Positions 39,326 to 49,264 of a DNA stretch of 64,000 nt are shown piece by piece. The notes beneath the pieces are model-generated. The model was not told the origin of the DNA. It worked only from the letters and a program-made list of their open reading frames with translations, and searched no databases. Source of the stretch: Chloroflexota bacterium (GTDB lineage Bacteria; Chloroflexota; UBA11872; VXNJ01); assembly GCA_965261345.1 (NCBI GenBank), contig OZ253449.1, forward strand, positions 2,112,001 through 2,176,000. Reading direction: 5' to 3'. Made by a program: the position numbers and the translations under genes. How positions within the stretch are numbered: position 1 is the first letter of the stretch; every line of letters starts with the position of its first letter.

Positions 39326-40336
39326 TCAGGTTGATGCGCATCTGGCCGATTGGCAGGCGCCAGCGACGGTGGCGATCCGGCCGGAAAGCAGGCAGTGACC
39401 CAGATCGAGTACCCGCTTGCGGGCAAGCGGGTCGACCAGGTATTCGACCGGCGATTTTCCGTCTAGGCGCGCCAGCAGCAGACCACCCAAGCAGCGGGTT
39501 GTGGCCAATTCCTGGCCGGGCATCGACCAGTCTCCCAGCCGCTTGCGATAGTTTTCCCAAAACCTTCGCGCCAAATCGACATAATCTCCGACCAAGTGGG
39601 GAAGGTGCTGCGATTTGATGAGCAGGTGGGCCAGCATGAATGCGGGATCAAAGGCAGGGTGCCCGTAGTGGGAAATCTCAAAATCGAGCAGAAATACATT
39701 TCCGGAACGATCCGACATCACATTCTTGGGCGAATAGTCGCCGTGGACCATGCAGACTCTGGTCGACCCCAGTTCGGTTGCCAGTGCGGCTATCTGCGCC
39801 GCCGCGCCAGGATGACGGGACCTCAACTGGGCACCCAGATACGGTTCGAGCCGGCCTTGCCGGAATGTGTCGTGGCTGGGAAAGCGGCGAGCGAGCCGTG
39901 GATATTGCGCGGACGATAATTGCCAATCGGCAAGCAATCTGCCGATCGCCTGGGCGACCGCCGGTTGGATGCTTCCGGCGAGAAGTCGAGTTTTCCAGTT
40001 CGTGTATCCGGGCGGCGCACAGGTCATTGTCAGAATGTAGTTGGTCTGATCGAGTTGCAGCACAGTCGGTACCCCGGTGCGGTCGACCCGCTCTTGCCAG
40101 AAACGCATGGCGTCGGCCTCGCGGCAGATGCGAACTCGATCGATTTCCCAATGCGCATCCACCCGGAGCCGGGCAAACGGCTGCTTTACCACGGCGCAAC
40201 CGCGATCGGATTCAACCCTGAAAACCGCGTTGGAAACCCCGCCGCCGGACAGGTCGTTGACTATCAATTGCCCGGAGTCGGATGGCAACCCGGCCGCGAT
40301 AGCCAGTCGCCCGGCGTTCGTTTCATTCAGCTGCAA
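39326..40336 (-). CDS. Aminoglycoside phosphotransferase / methylthioribose kinase-like kinase
   Basis: LSGGGVSN, VVKQP...W...R..E, VHGDYSPKN, LLDFE, RLDGKSPVEYL. Confidence 0.8.
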   Translation of the reverse strand: MQLNETNAGRLAIAAGLPSDSGQLIVNDLSGGGVSNAVFRVESDRGCAVVKQPFARLRVDAHWEIDRVRICREADAMRFWQERVDRTGVPTVLQLDQTNYILTMTCAPPGYTNWKTRLLAGSIQPAVAQAIGRLLADWQLSSAQYPRLARRFPSHDTFRQGRLEPYLGAQLRSRHPGAAAQIAALATELGSTRVCMVHGDYSPKNVMSDRSGNVFLLDFEISHYGHPAFDPAFMLAHLLIKSQHLPHLVGDYVDLARRFWENYRKRLGDWSMPGQELATTRCLGGLLLARLDGKSPVEYLVDPLARKRVLDLGHCLLSGRIATVAGACQSARCAST

Positions 40337-40365
40337 CCCGGCCTCGATCCCAGGAATTTGAGGAA

Positions 40366-42396
40366 TTGGCGATACGTATAAATTTTGGGTTGCGCGGCCT
40401 GCGGTCCCCGCTCCTGTGGCTCGCGCTGCTGCTGGCCTCCCTCGGTTGGATGCTGATTGCGGTGCCAGCGGCCAATGCCCAGGGCGAGGACTACGCTATC
40501 GAGGGCGGTTGGTTTTTCACTCAGACGGGGAGCGATTCTGCCAATCCACTCGACGGTTACGCGGTTGTCGACGACGACGATGCCCTGTTCTGGACGGCTT
40601 TTGAGTCCTATGGTGGGGTCGGCGCGGTTGGGTACCCGGTATCTCGCCGGTTCCTGTGGGACGGGTTCGTTACGCAGGTGATGCAAAAAGCCGTATTCCA
40701 GTGGCGTCCGGATCTGGGCGGCACCGCGTTTATCAACGTCTTTGATGACCTGCACAATCATGGTTTTGATCAGGAGCTGGTCGATCTCCTGGTGCCGGCG
40801 CCGGAGCAGTTCCTTGAATCCGGGCTTTCCTGGCCAGAGATTGTCTCAACGCGTACCGCCCTACTCGATCGAGATTCACGCCTGGCGGCAGCTTACGCGG
40901 CCGCTCCCGACCCGCTCCAGTTCTACGGACTGCCGACCTCGCGCGGACGGGACTTCGACGGGCTGCGGGCGATTCGCCTGCAGCGAGCGGTTCTCCAGGT
41001 CTGGACCAAAGATTTCCCCTGGGCGGCGGCCGGTACGGTAACCGTTGCCAACGGCGGCGATCTAGCTAAACAGCTGGGCCTGTTTCCGCGGCCCCCGCTG
41101 GAACCGCACCAACCCGAGGTCGTCCCACCGGTCTGGGGCGCGCCGGTGGAATCGCAATACTTGACCGGAAATTGGTTTGTCGATACCCCGGGATCAACCC
41201 TGATCGTCCGCCGACGTCCCTCGACCACCGCATCGGTCGTTGAGCGCCTAACCCATGGGACCGAGGTATTCCCGACCGGACTTACTATTCTGGCGGGCGG
41301 GCTTGATTGGGTCGAGTTGGGCCCCAACCGATGGGTTGCCGGCGAATTCCTGCGGCCCTACCGCCCGCACCCGGTCTCGAGCCCCACGCCCGAGCCGACC
41401 ATGGGAGTCGATTACACGTCTGGACAGTGGCGGGCTGATGTTCCGGGATCGTTCCTCAACATTCGGACCCGGCCGTCGTTGACGGCGCCGATCGCCGGTC
41501 GGGCGCCGCACGGTCAGGTCTTGGCCCTCTCGGGCAATCAGATCGAATCGGGCGGATCGCTGTGGTTGGAGTTGACCAACGGCAACTGGATCGCCGCCGA
41601 ATTCGTTTCGATGGCGGACCCGGATCCGATTGCGGTCGCGCCCGAGACCGCCGGCGAGATCCTTGATCGTGTCAATGGGTTGCGCCGCCAGTTGGGTCTT
41701 GACCCGCTCACAATTTCCAGCGCCCTGACTCAATCGGCCAGCCAGCACTCCAATTACTGGATACGCAATCGGGGCGACTTTCACAACGAGGTTCCGGGGC
41801 GCGAGTTCTTCAGCGGGATTACGATCTACGATCGCGCCAAAGCGGCTGGTTACGAGCTCAACTGGATCGACGAGGTGGCCGGGCTCCTGGACCCGCCCAG
41901 AACGCTCGAATGGGCGCTGGCCAGCGTTTACCACCGCTACATGTTTCTCCACCCCTCGGCGGTCCACTTGGGTTTTGGATCGGCTTCTGATGGCAACGTA
42001 ATACTGACGATCTTTAGCGTTGGCCTAAGAGTAGATACGTCGCCACCGAATCCGACCCCGACCATATTTCCGATACACCGGTCGACCGGAGTCAATCCGC
42101 GGTGGGATGGATTCGAGTCGCCCGACCCGGCACCCGGCATCGAGCGGCCCCTTGGGGCGCCCATTACCGCCCAGTTCCGCCTCGGCGATGACGTTAGCTG
42201 GGGAACCGCGACGCTGATTCGCACTTCCGATGCCACCGCGGTGCCGGCAACCGTGCAGGTGAGCCAATGGCGGCGATCGCTCTCGCTGGTTCCGCATTCG
42301 CCGCTAGACCCGGGTGAGCGTTATCGTTTTGACGTTGCCTGGACGGTCAACGGCCAACGTGGCAACACGGTCAGCACGTTTACCACCAGCGTCTAG
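40366..42396 (+). CDS. Secreted multidomain protein with two SH3-like repeats and a CAP (SCP) domain
   Basis: Signal peptide ending ANA; repeats LIVRRRPS...WV and LNIRTRPS...WI; CAP motifs VNGLRRQLGL..L, ASQHS, HRYMFL. Confidence 0.7.
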   Translation: MAIRINFGLRGLRSPLLWLALLLASLGWMLIAVPAANAQGEDYAIEGGWFFTQTGSDSANPLDGYAVVDDDDALFWTAFESYGGVGAVGYPVSRRFLWDGFVTQVMQKAVFQWRPDLGGTAFINVFDDLHNHGFDQELVDLLVPAPEQFLESGLSWPEIVSTRTALLDRDSRLAAAYAAAPDPLQFYGLPTSRGRDFDGLRAIRLQRAVLQVWTKDFPWAAAGTVTVANGGDLAKQLGLFPRPPLEPHQPEVVPPVWGAPVESQYLTGNWFVDTPGSTLIVRRRPSTTASVVERLTHGTEVFPTGLTILAGGLDWVELGPNRWVAGEFLRPYRPHPVSSPTPEPTMGVDYTSGQWRADVPGSFLNIRTRPSLTAPIAGRAPHGQVLALSGNQIESGGSLWLELTNGNWIAAEFVSMADPDPIAVAPETAGEILDRVNGLRRQLGLDPLTISSALTQSASQHSNYWIRNRGDFHNEVPGREFFSGITIYDRAKAAGYELNWIDEVAGLLDPPRTLEWALASVYHRYMFLHPSAVHLGFGSASDGNVILTIFSVGLRVDTSPPNPTPTIFPIHRSTGVNPRWDGFESPDPAPGIERPLGAPITAQFRLGDDVSWGTATLIRTSDATAVPATVQVSQWRRSLSLVPHSPLDPGERYRFDVAWTVNGQRGNTVSTFTTSV

Positions 42397-42657
42397 ATGG
42401 CATCCGCGCCGAACCCGAGGGTGCGCGCTGATTTGGCTGGGGGCATCTCGTCGCGTTCCCGCTAATGTCGTGGGCGTCGACAGTTTTTGCCCGGTGAACT
42501 GGCCAACGATCGGTCAGTCAGGTTCTTGGATCTCCTTGATCGAAACGCGATTGCGCCGACGCATTCTGCCCGCCGAGAGGTCAATAAAATGGTTATCGGG
42601 TCGGCGCGACAGTCTGCCGGTTCAGAGCCGAGTGCCGGCCGTGCTTTCGGTCCCATC

Positions 42658-42733
42658 GCCCACATAGCTCAGTAGGAAGAGCGCATTCTTGGTAAGAATG
42701 AGGTCTCCGGTTCAATTCCGGATGTGGGCTCCA
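42658..42733 (+). tRNA. tRNA-Thr(GGT)
   Basis: GCCCACA/TGTGGGC acceptor, CATTC-TTGGTAA-GAATG anticodon arm, GTTCAATTC, encoded CCA. Confidence 0.95.
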
Positions 42734-42775
42734 AGAGCCAGAGCTAGCCAGACTGCTTAGTCAAAGGAAATCTCA

Positions 42776-43705
42776 ATGACTGCCGTACGGTTGGCCGATA
42801 AAGCTTTGGAAACCGCGCAAGTTGCCTTGGGTATCCGGATCTGGACGCTACGCAAAGCCCTGGAGCTGGACGGTGGCTATGTCTCGCAGGGTTTGTCCTC
42901 GGCCGAGATCCTGGCATCGCTCTACACCCGTCTGCTCAATATCGGGCCCAGCTTGGCGCCGCCGCTGCCGCTCCCGTTCGACGGAACCCCGTCGGCGCAC
43001 AATCCCGGACACCGCAGCGGGGACCTTTACAACGGCGCGCGCAGCAGCCATTTTGACCGGTTCATCTTCTCGCCCACCCACTATTCGCTGGCACTGTACG
43101 CGACCCTGGTCGAGGTCGGTCGGTTGGATCCGGCGGCAATGGATTTGGTCGAAGTCGATGGAGCGGTGATGGAGCGAATCGGGGCCGAGCATTCGCCCGG
43201 CATCGCAATTACCTCGGGCTCATTTGGGCAGTCGCTCTCACAAGCTGCCGGGATCGCATATGCACGCCGGGTCAATGGTGAAACCGGCCACACCTGGATA
43301 TTTATCTCTGATGGTGAATTGCAGGAGGGGCAGACCTGGGAGGCGGTGGCCGCCTGCGGCTTTCACAAGCTTGACAACCTGACGGTGATCATTGATGCCA
43401 ACGGTCAGCAGGTCGACGGCCCGATCAATGCGGGAATGCAGACCGAACCGATCGGCGATCGCCTCGAGGCGTTTGGCGCCAACGTCCTCGAAATCGACGG
43501 CCATGACCTCGACGCTCTGGCCAACGTTCCACACCACCGCAAGGCCGGCTCCACGTTATTCGTAATCGCCCGCACCGACCCGATGCGCGAAGTTCCCGAG
43601 CTGGCCCCGCGAATGCCCGAACTACATTACGTGATTATTTCCGACGAAGAGGAACGGGCCCGATTGACCGGGCGCCTGGCCAAGCTGCGGGAGCGCGTCG
43701 CATGA
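42776..43705 (+). CDS. Transketolase-like enzyme, N-terminal (ThDP-binding) subunit
   Basis: DRFIFS, SGSFGQSLS, SDGELQEGQTWEA, DANGQQVDG, IDGHD. Confidence 0.85.
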   Translation: MTAVRLADKALETAQVALGIRIWTLRKALELDGGYVSQGLSSAEILASLYTRLLNIGPSLAPPLPLPFDGTPSAHNPGHRSGDLYNGARSSHFDRFIFSPTHYSLALYATLVEVGRLDPAAMDLVEVDGAVMERIGAEHSPGIAITSGSFGQSLSQAAGIAYARRVNGETGHTWIFISDGELQEGQTWEAVAACGFHKLDNLTVIIDANGQQVDGPINAGMQTEPIGDRLEAFGANVLEIDGHDLDALANVPHHRKAGSTLFVIARTDPMREVPELAPRMPELHYVIISDEEERARLTGRLAKLRERVA

Positions 43706-44721
43706 ACGAAACCGGCAACTACGTAGTGCGACCGCACCACTCCAATTTCCCGCGGTTTGCCGCCACCCGCCCCGATGTATTCGCTCTTACCGCCGATCTG
43801 ACCCGCCCCTGCGAGTTGGGGCTGTTCCGTGATCGCTTTCCCGAGCGCACAGTCTCGATGGGGATGGCCGAACAGAACATGATCGGCTTTGCCGGCGGCA
43901 TGGCGCGTGAGGGCCTGATTCCATTCGTCCATACGTTTGGCGTGTTTGCCACCCGACGGGTGATGGATCAGATCGAGATGGCCGTAGCCTACCCCAACCT
44001 ACCGGTCAAGATCCTTGGATTTTTGCCCGGGATCGTATCTCCGGGCGGGGCGACCCACCACGCAATCGACGATGTGGCACTGATGCGTTCGCTGCCCAAC
44101 ATGACCGTGCTGGATGCGGGCGACGCGACCGAAATCGAGACCGTTCTGGACGCGGCCTATGAGCATCCCGGACCGGTATTCGTCCGCATGAATCGCGGTC
44201 GCATCCGTCGTCTTTTTCCCCTGGAAGAACCGCTCCAGATTGACCGTGTGCGGAGTTTATCGACCGGTTCCGATCTGGCGGTGTTTTCATCCGGCATCCT
44301 TACCGAGCACGCGATAAGGGCGGCCGAGGCGCTGCAGAAACGCGGCCTGAGCATCGAACATGTCCACGTCTCGACCCTCAAGCCGTTTTCCGACCCGCAG
44401 ATTGCCGAATCGCTTGGGGCGGCGCGCCTGGGCGCGATTTCACTGGAAAACCATCTCACTGTCGGTGGCCTGGGTTCGGCATTGGCTGAAACGATCGCCG
44501 ATCACGGAATCGCCACCAAGCTGGTAAGACTGGGACTAAGGGATACGTACGCCCACGGCGCCAATCCCGAATATCTGTTGCGCCTGCACGAAATGGATGC
44601 CCTGGCGGTGGTGCGGGTGGCCGAAGACTTGGTTGGCGATCGCCTGGGGATAAGCGAACGGGATCTGGCGGCGGTCGAATTTGAGTCGACTCGGGCCAAC
44701 TATCGCTCCGACGCGCTTTGA
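43702..44721 (+). CDS. Transketolase-like enzyme, C-terminal subunit
   Basis: ADL, FPER..MGMAEQNM, GATHHAIDD, TLKPF, ENH...GGLGS; ATGA overlap. Confidence 0.88.
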   Translation: MNETGNYVVRPHHSNFPRFAATRPDVFALTADLTRPCELGLFRDRFPERTVSMGMAEQNMIGFAGGMAREGLIPFVHTFGVFATRRVMDQIEMAVAYPNLPVKILGFLPGIVSPGGATHHAIDDVALMRSLPNMTVLDAGDATEIETVLDAAYEHPGPVFVRMNRGRIRRLFPLEEPLQIDRVRSLSTGSDLAVFSSGILTEHAIRAAEALQKRGLSIEHVHVSTLKPFSDPQIAESLGAARLGAISLENHLTVGGLGSALAETIADHGIATKLVRLGLRDTYAHGANPEYLLRLHEMDALAVVRVAEDLVGDRLGISERDLAAVEFESTRANYRSDAL

Positions 44722-44836
44722 GAGTGGCGCCCGGCGCCCGGCGGGATTTTCTCGGATCGTAATCTTAGATAACATCTATACAAGTGAATAACTGTTGCCA
44801 ACCATAAATACAGGCAACCTGTTTTGAGGAGTTCGA

Positions 44837-46315
44837 ATGCGCAAAATCAGCCGTAGAACCGCGCTGCGCTCAGCCGTAGCCGGGGCCGCCGGACTGGCCG
44901 CCACAGCCGCGCTGGCCGGTTGCGGTGACCCCGAAGTTGTCGAGGTTGAAAAGATCGTAACGGTCCAGGTCCCAGGCGCCACCGAAATTGTCGAGGTGGT
45001 AATCCCGGGTGAGACGACCGTGACCGAGCGCGTCGTAACGATCGAAGTTGAGGTGCAAGCGCCGGATCCGGTAACCCAGGTAACCAGCACCTGGTTTAAC
45101 CAGTCCAGCCAGCAGAAAAATTTCGAAGAGCATGTGGTCGGCCACTATCACCGCCAGCAGAGTGCCTACCGGCTAGATCCGATCCTGGTTCCCAACAACG
45201 AACTCAATGTCAAATTGACGACCGCTATCGCCTCGGGCACCCCGCCCGACGTGGTCCGGGTTGGTGGATCGATCCTGATAAACAACTTCTACCGCCGCGA
45301 AGTCATGCATGACCTCGACCAGTTCGACCCCGACTTGCAATCGGCAGATTTCGTCCCCTCGATTACCGAGTCGATCGTCTGGCGTGGCAAGATCTGGGCG
45401 ATGCCGGTCAACAGCGGTACGATGGCGCTCTACTACAACGCCGATCACTACCGCCAGGCTGGACTTGATCCCGATCAACCGCCGGCCACGACCGAGGATC
45501 TCTTTGAGAACGCCCAGCGGACCCACTCGCTCGGCGACGCGGTCACCGGGATGAATTTCTACACCAAGCCCAACCAGGGCACGGCCAACACCTCAACTGG
45601 TTGGTTTTTCCGCTACGCGGCCTACGGGGTTGACGAATCCGGCACCAAGGTGTTGCTCGATTCACCCGAGTTCACCGAGTACTGGAACTACGTCAAGCGG
45701 TACGTCGATGCGGAGATCCTGCAGTTCAAGTCGACCGACGAGACGTCGGCAACCAACGATTACGGCGCCGGTCTGTTGAGCCACTACGCAGCCTACCCGT
45801 CGCGACTGCAGAACGCGGTCCAGAATCTGGGCATTGAAGTTGGACGGGTAGCGGAGCTACCGGTCGGCCCGCTCTCGAACCTGAATCCGATCGGCTACGG
45901 CGCACTGCAGATTCCGGCTGGCGCCAAAAACCCCGAGGGTGGTTGGCACTTTACCAACTTCATCGGCAATGACCCCGAGAATGACTCGATCTGGTGTACC
46001 GCGTTCGGACAGATACCGCCGCGGTTCTCCTTCCGCGATTCGGTCGTCTACTCGGCCTACCGCCGATCGATTCCCGGCACCCAACCGTTCATTGATGGGC
46101 AGACAAATTCGTACGCGTTCTACTACGGCCCGGGCACCAGTGAAGTCTGGACGGTATTTGCCAGAATTCAGGAAGCTGTCATCCTGGCCAACGCCGATCC
46201 GGCGACCGTACAGGCCGAGCTGGTGGGCGAGGCCCAGGACGCTCTTGACCGCGCGTTGCAGGGCGACGCGCCAACCGAGCGCGTGTTCCCGGCGAACAAG
46301 GGCGGTTACCTATAG
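44837..46315 (+). CDS. Tat-exported sugar ABC substrate-binding lipoprotein
   Basis: SRRTAL twin-Arg, LAGC lipobox, Val/Glu/Thr linker (VEVEKIVT...), ASGTPPDV, WAMP, LYYN, PPATTEDL. Confidence 0.85.
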   Translation: MRKISRRTALRSAVAGAAGLAATAALAGCGDPEVVEVEKIVTVQVPGATEIVEVVIPGETTVTERVVTIEVEVQAPDPVTQVTSTWFNQSSQQKNFEEHVVGHYHRQQSAYRLDPILVPNNELNVKLTTAIASGTPPDVVRVGGSILINNFYRREVMHDLDQFDPDLQSADFVPSITESIVWRGKIWAMPVNSGTMALYYNADHYRQAGLDPDQPPATTEDLFENAQRTHSLGDAVTGMNFYTKPNQGTANTSTGWFFRYAAYGVDESGTKVLLDSPEFTEYWNYVKRYVDAEILQFKSTDETSATNDYGAGLLSHYAAYPSRLQNAVQNLGIEVGRVAELPVGPLSNLNPIGYGALQIPAGAKNPEGGWHFTNFIGNDPENDSIWCTAFGQIPPRFSFRDSVVYSAYRRSIPGTQPFIDGQTNSYAFYYGPGTSEVWTVFARIQEAVILANADPATVQAELVGEAQDALDRALQGDAPTERVFPANKGGYL

Positions 46316-46340
46316 GTAATTCCGGGTAGACCCCGATCTG

Positions 46341-46378
46341 ACCGGGCCGCGCAAACACCAATGCGCGGCCCGGTTTTT
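46341..46378 (+). terminator. Rho-independent terminator after the solute-binding protein gene
   Basis: ACCGGGCCGCGCA / TGCGCGGCCCGGT 13-bp stem followed by T-run. Confidence 0.75.
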
Positions 46379-46414
46379 GTTATTGGTCTAACTTTTAATT
46401 GAGCCTGGGCACAT

Positions 46415-47197
46415 GTGGGAATCGGGAAGGAGGCGGCGTTGCCGGGATGCATCACCCACCTCGGGCACGCGACCTGCCTGATCGAACTCGATCGGGCGAA
46501 AATACTCACCGATCCGTTGCTGCGCCGCAACCTGCTCACCCTCAAGCGGATTTGTCCAGCAGTTGATCCCGCCGACCTGCCGCCACTAGATCTGGTACTT
46601 GTCTCCCATCTGCACCACGACCACTGCGACCCGGCAACGCTCCGGCAACTGCCCGGCCGGCCGGAAATCGTGGCCCCGCACGGTGCGCGGGATTTCCTGC
46701 AGCGTCATCGCCTCGATCATGTAACTGAAGTGGGACCTGGCACCACGATTGCTCGTGCCGGGGTTGTGCTGTCGGCCTTGCGCGTGGATCATTCCGGTGA
46801 ACGCCTGCCGATGGGGCCGCACGCACCGGCCCTGGCGTTCGAAATCAGCGGTTCCAGACGGGTCTATTTTGCCGGTGATACTGGCTACTTTACCCCGATG
46901 CGGACCGATCCGACGAACTTGGATGTGGCCCTGCTGCCAGTCTCGGGCTGGGGTGCCCGGTTGGGCGCGGGGCACCTGGATCCGCAATCAGCCGCCCGAG
47001 CGGCCGCCCAACTGCGGCCGCGCTTTGCCGTGCCGATCCACTGGGGGGCTTACCGCCAATCGTGGACCTGGCGAATGGGCCGCAGGTCGAGCCCGGAAAA
47101 TCCCGCCCGAGAATTTGCAATCGCGCTGTCGCGGTTTGGCCCCGGGATCGAATCGGTAATTCTTAGCCCCGGGTCGGCGACCCGGTTGGAGTTTTAG
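46415..47197 (+). CDS. Metallo-beta-lactamase-fold hydrolase
   Basis: LGHAT, ILTDP, VSHLHHDHCD (HxHxDH), YFAGDT, VPIHWG. Confidence 0.88.
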   Translation: MGIGKEAALPGCITHLGHATCLIELDRAKILTDPLLRRNLLTLKRICPAVDPADLPPLDLVLVSHLHHDHCDPATLRQLPGRPEIVAPHGARDFLQRHRLDHVTEVGPGTTIARAGVVLSALRVDHSGERLPMGPHAPALAFEISGSRRVYFAGDTGYFTPMRTDPTNLDVALLPVSGWGARLGAGHLDPQSAARAAAQLRPRFAVPIHWGAYRQSWTWRMGRRSSPENPAREFAIALSRFGPGIESVILSPGSATRLEF

Positions 47198-49204
47198 ATG
47201 CCTCGCTTGGGCCGGGTACTCAGGCAGACCGCATTTGTGGTCGTCCTGCAATTGATCACCTTTCTGGTCCTTGACTGGCTGCTGGTCGGATTCGCGATAT
47301 CCAGCGTGGAATCGGCCCTTGCCCTGGCGCTGGCGGTGGTTGCCGGCAACATTTTTGTCCGCCCCCTGATTCTGCTGCTGACCCTGCCGCTGACGATCGT
47401 CAGTTTGGGGTTGTGGTCGCTGGTCCTCAATGCCGGCGTGATCTTTGCCGCCACCGCCCTGGTGCCAGGTGGGATGGCCGATGGCTTTGCCACCGCCCTG
47501 GTGCTGGCGACGGCCTTCGCGTTGGTCAATACCCTGGCCACCGCACTTTCGCTGATCCAGGACGAGGACACTTTCTACTACTACTTCGCCAATCGGGTAA
47601 CCGCCCGGTCCGAAGAGCATGAATTGGTAGGTTCGGGTCTGCTGGTTATCGAAATCGACGGTCTTGCCGAACCGATCCTGCGCGAGGCGATTGGATCTGG
47701 AAGGATGCCCAACCTGCGACGCTGGCTTCGAAGCAATCAGTTTGAATTGCGCCCTTGGTGGTGCCATCTACCCACCCAGACGTCCTCGGCACAGGCTGGG
47801 ATCCTCTATGGAAACGACCGCGATATCCCTGGGTTTCGCTGGTACGACAAGCGCGCCCGGCGGCTGATCGAATCTTCAAGCCTGGAGGCCGCAGCCGAAA
47901 TTGCCGCCGCCCGTGAACACCCGGCGGCGCTGCTTAGCGGGGGCGCCTCGATCTCCAACCTGCTCGACGGGGGCGCCAAGCTCCGCTTTGCCACCGCCAG
48001 CGCGGTCCGCAGTGATGCCAACGTTCAAAAACCGGCCCGGGACCTTTTCCTATTTTTCTACGACCCCTACAGCTTTTTCCGCGCCCTGCTGCTAATGCTC
48101 TACGAGCTGGTGGTGTCGTTTGCGTTTGAGTTGGGTCGATTGCGAAACGGTTCGGCACACATCAAATTCCCGTTCATGCGCGCCGTGTCCACCGTGCTGC
48201 TGGCCGAAGTTTCAACCTTTTTTGCCACCCGCGAACTATTTGATGCCACCCCGGCAATCTACCTCACTTTCGTCGGTTATGACGTCGTTGCCCACTACCG
48301 CGGGCCGCGCAGCCGTGATGCGATGCGCACGCTTAGGACCCTGGATACCCAAATCGGCCGCCTTCGGCGGGTGGCTCAATCGGCTCCGCGCGAGTACTCG
48401 GTGGTTGTGCTCTCCGACCATGGGCAAAGCGCTGCCACCCCCTTTAGGGTGCTGTATGGTTCGACCCTGGAGCAGTTGGTGGCATCGGCGGCGGCCCGGA
48501 CGCAACCGATCTGGATGGCATTGGGTGATTCGGAGCTAATGGGCCACTTCAGCTCGCTACTGACTGGTCCGGCCGAATCAGGTGGGGCCGGCGGGCGGGC
48601 GGCGCGCTCGCTGCTTGGAAGGGTTCGCCAGCGACAGGCCCGACTGGGCGCCCGGTCCGAGGAAGCGCCAGGCGACGGGCCTGACGCGGTCGTGGGCGAG
48701 ATCGTGGTTTGCCCATCGGGCAATCTGGCCAACGTCTATTTTTCCGCACAACCCGAACCGCTGACCGCGAGTGATATCGCGCGTGAATATCCGGCCTTGA
48801 TTCCGACCATTGCCAATCATCCCGGGATCGGTTTCGTGGTCGCCCGCTCGGGAACTGGCGGGGCGCTTATATCGGGTCGGGGTGGCGTCCTAGATCTCGA
48901 CAGCGGCGATCTGGTTGGGCGCGACCCGCTTGAAGGGTACCCGGGCGAACTGGTTGGTTCGATCCGGCGCCTGATTGAGTTTGAAAACGCCGGCGACCTG
49001 ATCATCAATGGAGCGATCTTGCCCGATGGCAAGGTCTGCGGATTCGAAAACCAGGTCTCGGTTCATGGCGGGGCGGGCGGCGAGCAGACCCACCCGTTCG
49101 TAATCGCTCCGACGGCCTTCCACATTGGGCCGGATCCGATCATTGGCGCCGAATCCATTTATGAAATACTGATCGAACACCGTCCACCCCCACCAGAAGA
49201 TTGA
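47198..49204 (+). CDS. 4-TM holin-like (DUF360) domain fused to an alkaline-phosphatase-superfamily domain
   Basis: VRPLILLLTLPLTIVSLGLWSLVLNA; EIDGL, QTSSAQAGIL, YDVVAH, LSDHGQ, HGGAGG. Confidence 0.75.
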   Translation: MPRLGRVLRQTAFVVVLQLITFLVLDWLLVGFAISSVESALALALAVVAGNIFVRPLILLLTLPLTIVSLGLWSLVLNAGVIFAATALVPGGMADGFATALVLATAFALVNTLATALSLIQDEDTFYYYFANRVTARSEEHELVGSGLLVIEIDGLAEPILREAIGSGRMPNLRRWLRSNQFELRPWWCHLPTQTSSAQAGILYGNDRDIPGFRWYDKRARRLIESSSLEAAAEIAAAREHPAALLSGGASISNLLDGGAKLRFATASAVRSDANVQKPARDLFLFFYDPYSFFRALLLMLYELVVSFAFELGRLRNGSAHIKFPFMRAVSTVLLAEVSTFFATRELFDATPAIYLTFVGYDVVAHYRGPRSRDAMRTLRTLDTQIGRLRRVAQSAPREYSVVVLSDHGQSAATPFRVLYGSTLEQLVASAAARTQPIWMALGDSELMGHFSSLLTGPAESGGAGGRAARSLLGRVRQRQARLGARSEEAPGDGPDAVVGEIVVCPSGNLANVYFSAQPEPLTASDIAREYPALIPTIANHPGIGFVVARSGTGGALISGRGGVLDLDSGDLVGRDPLEGYPGELVGSIRRLIEFENAGDLIINGAILPDGKVCGFENQVSVHGGAGGEQTHPFVIAPTAFHIGPDPIIGAESIYEILIEHRPPPPED

Positions 49205-49264
49205 CCGGCGGCGGGCGGGCTCTAGTTGAAAATTGGCCAAGACCAGTGGTTGGAGCTAATTTTT

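Noticed and set aside
42598-42656. Possible degenerate tRNA upstream of tRNA-Thr(GGT) (GGGTCGG...GGTTCAGAGCC...TCGGTCCCA)
   Set aside because: Too short, with no anticodon arm and a wobble-rich stem; cannot be supported without a covariance model
47198-47560. Prophage suggested by the holin-like domain
   Set aside because: The domain is fused to a hydrolase and no capsid, terminase, tail or lysin genes are present
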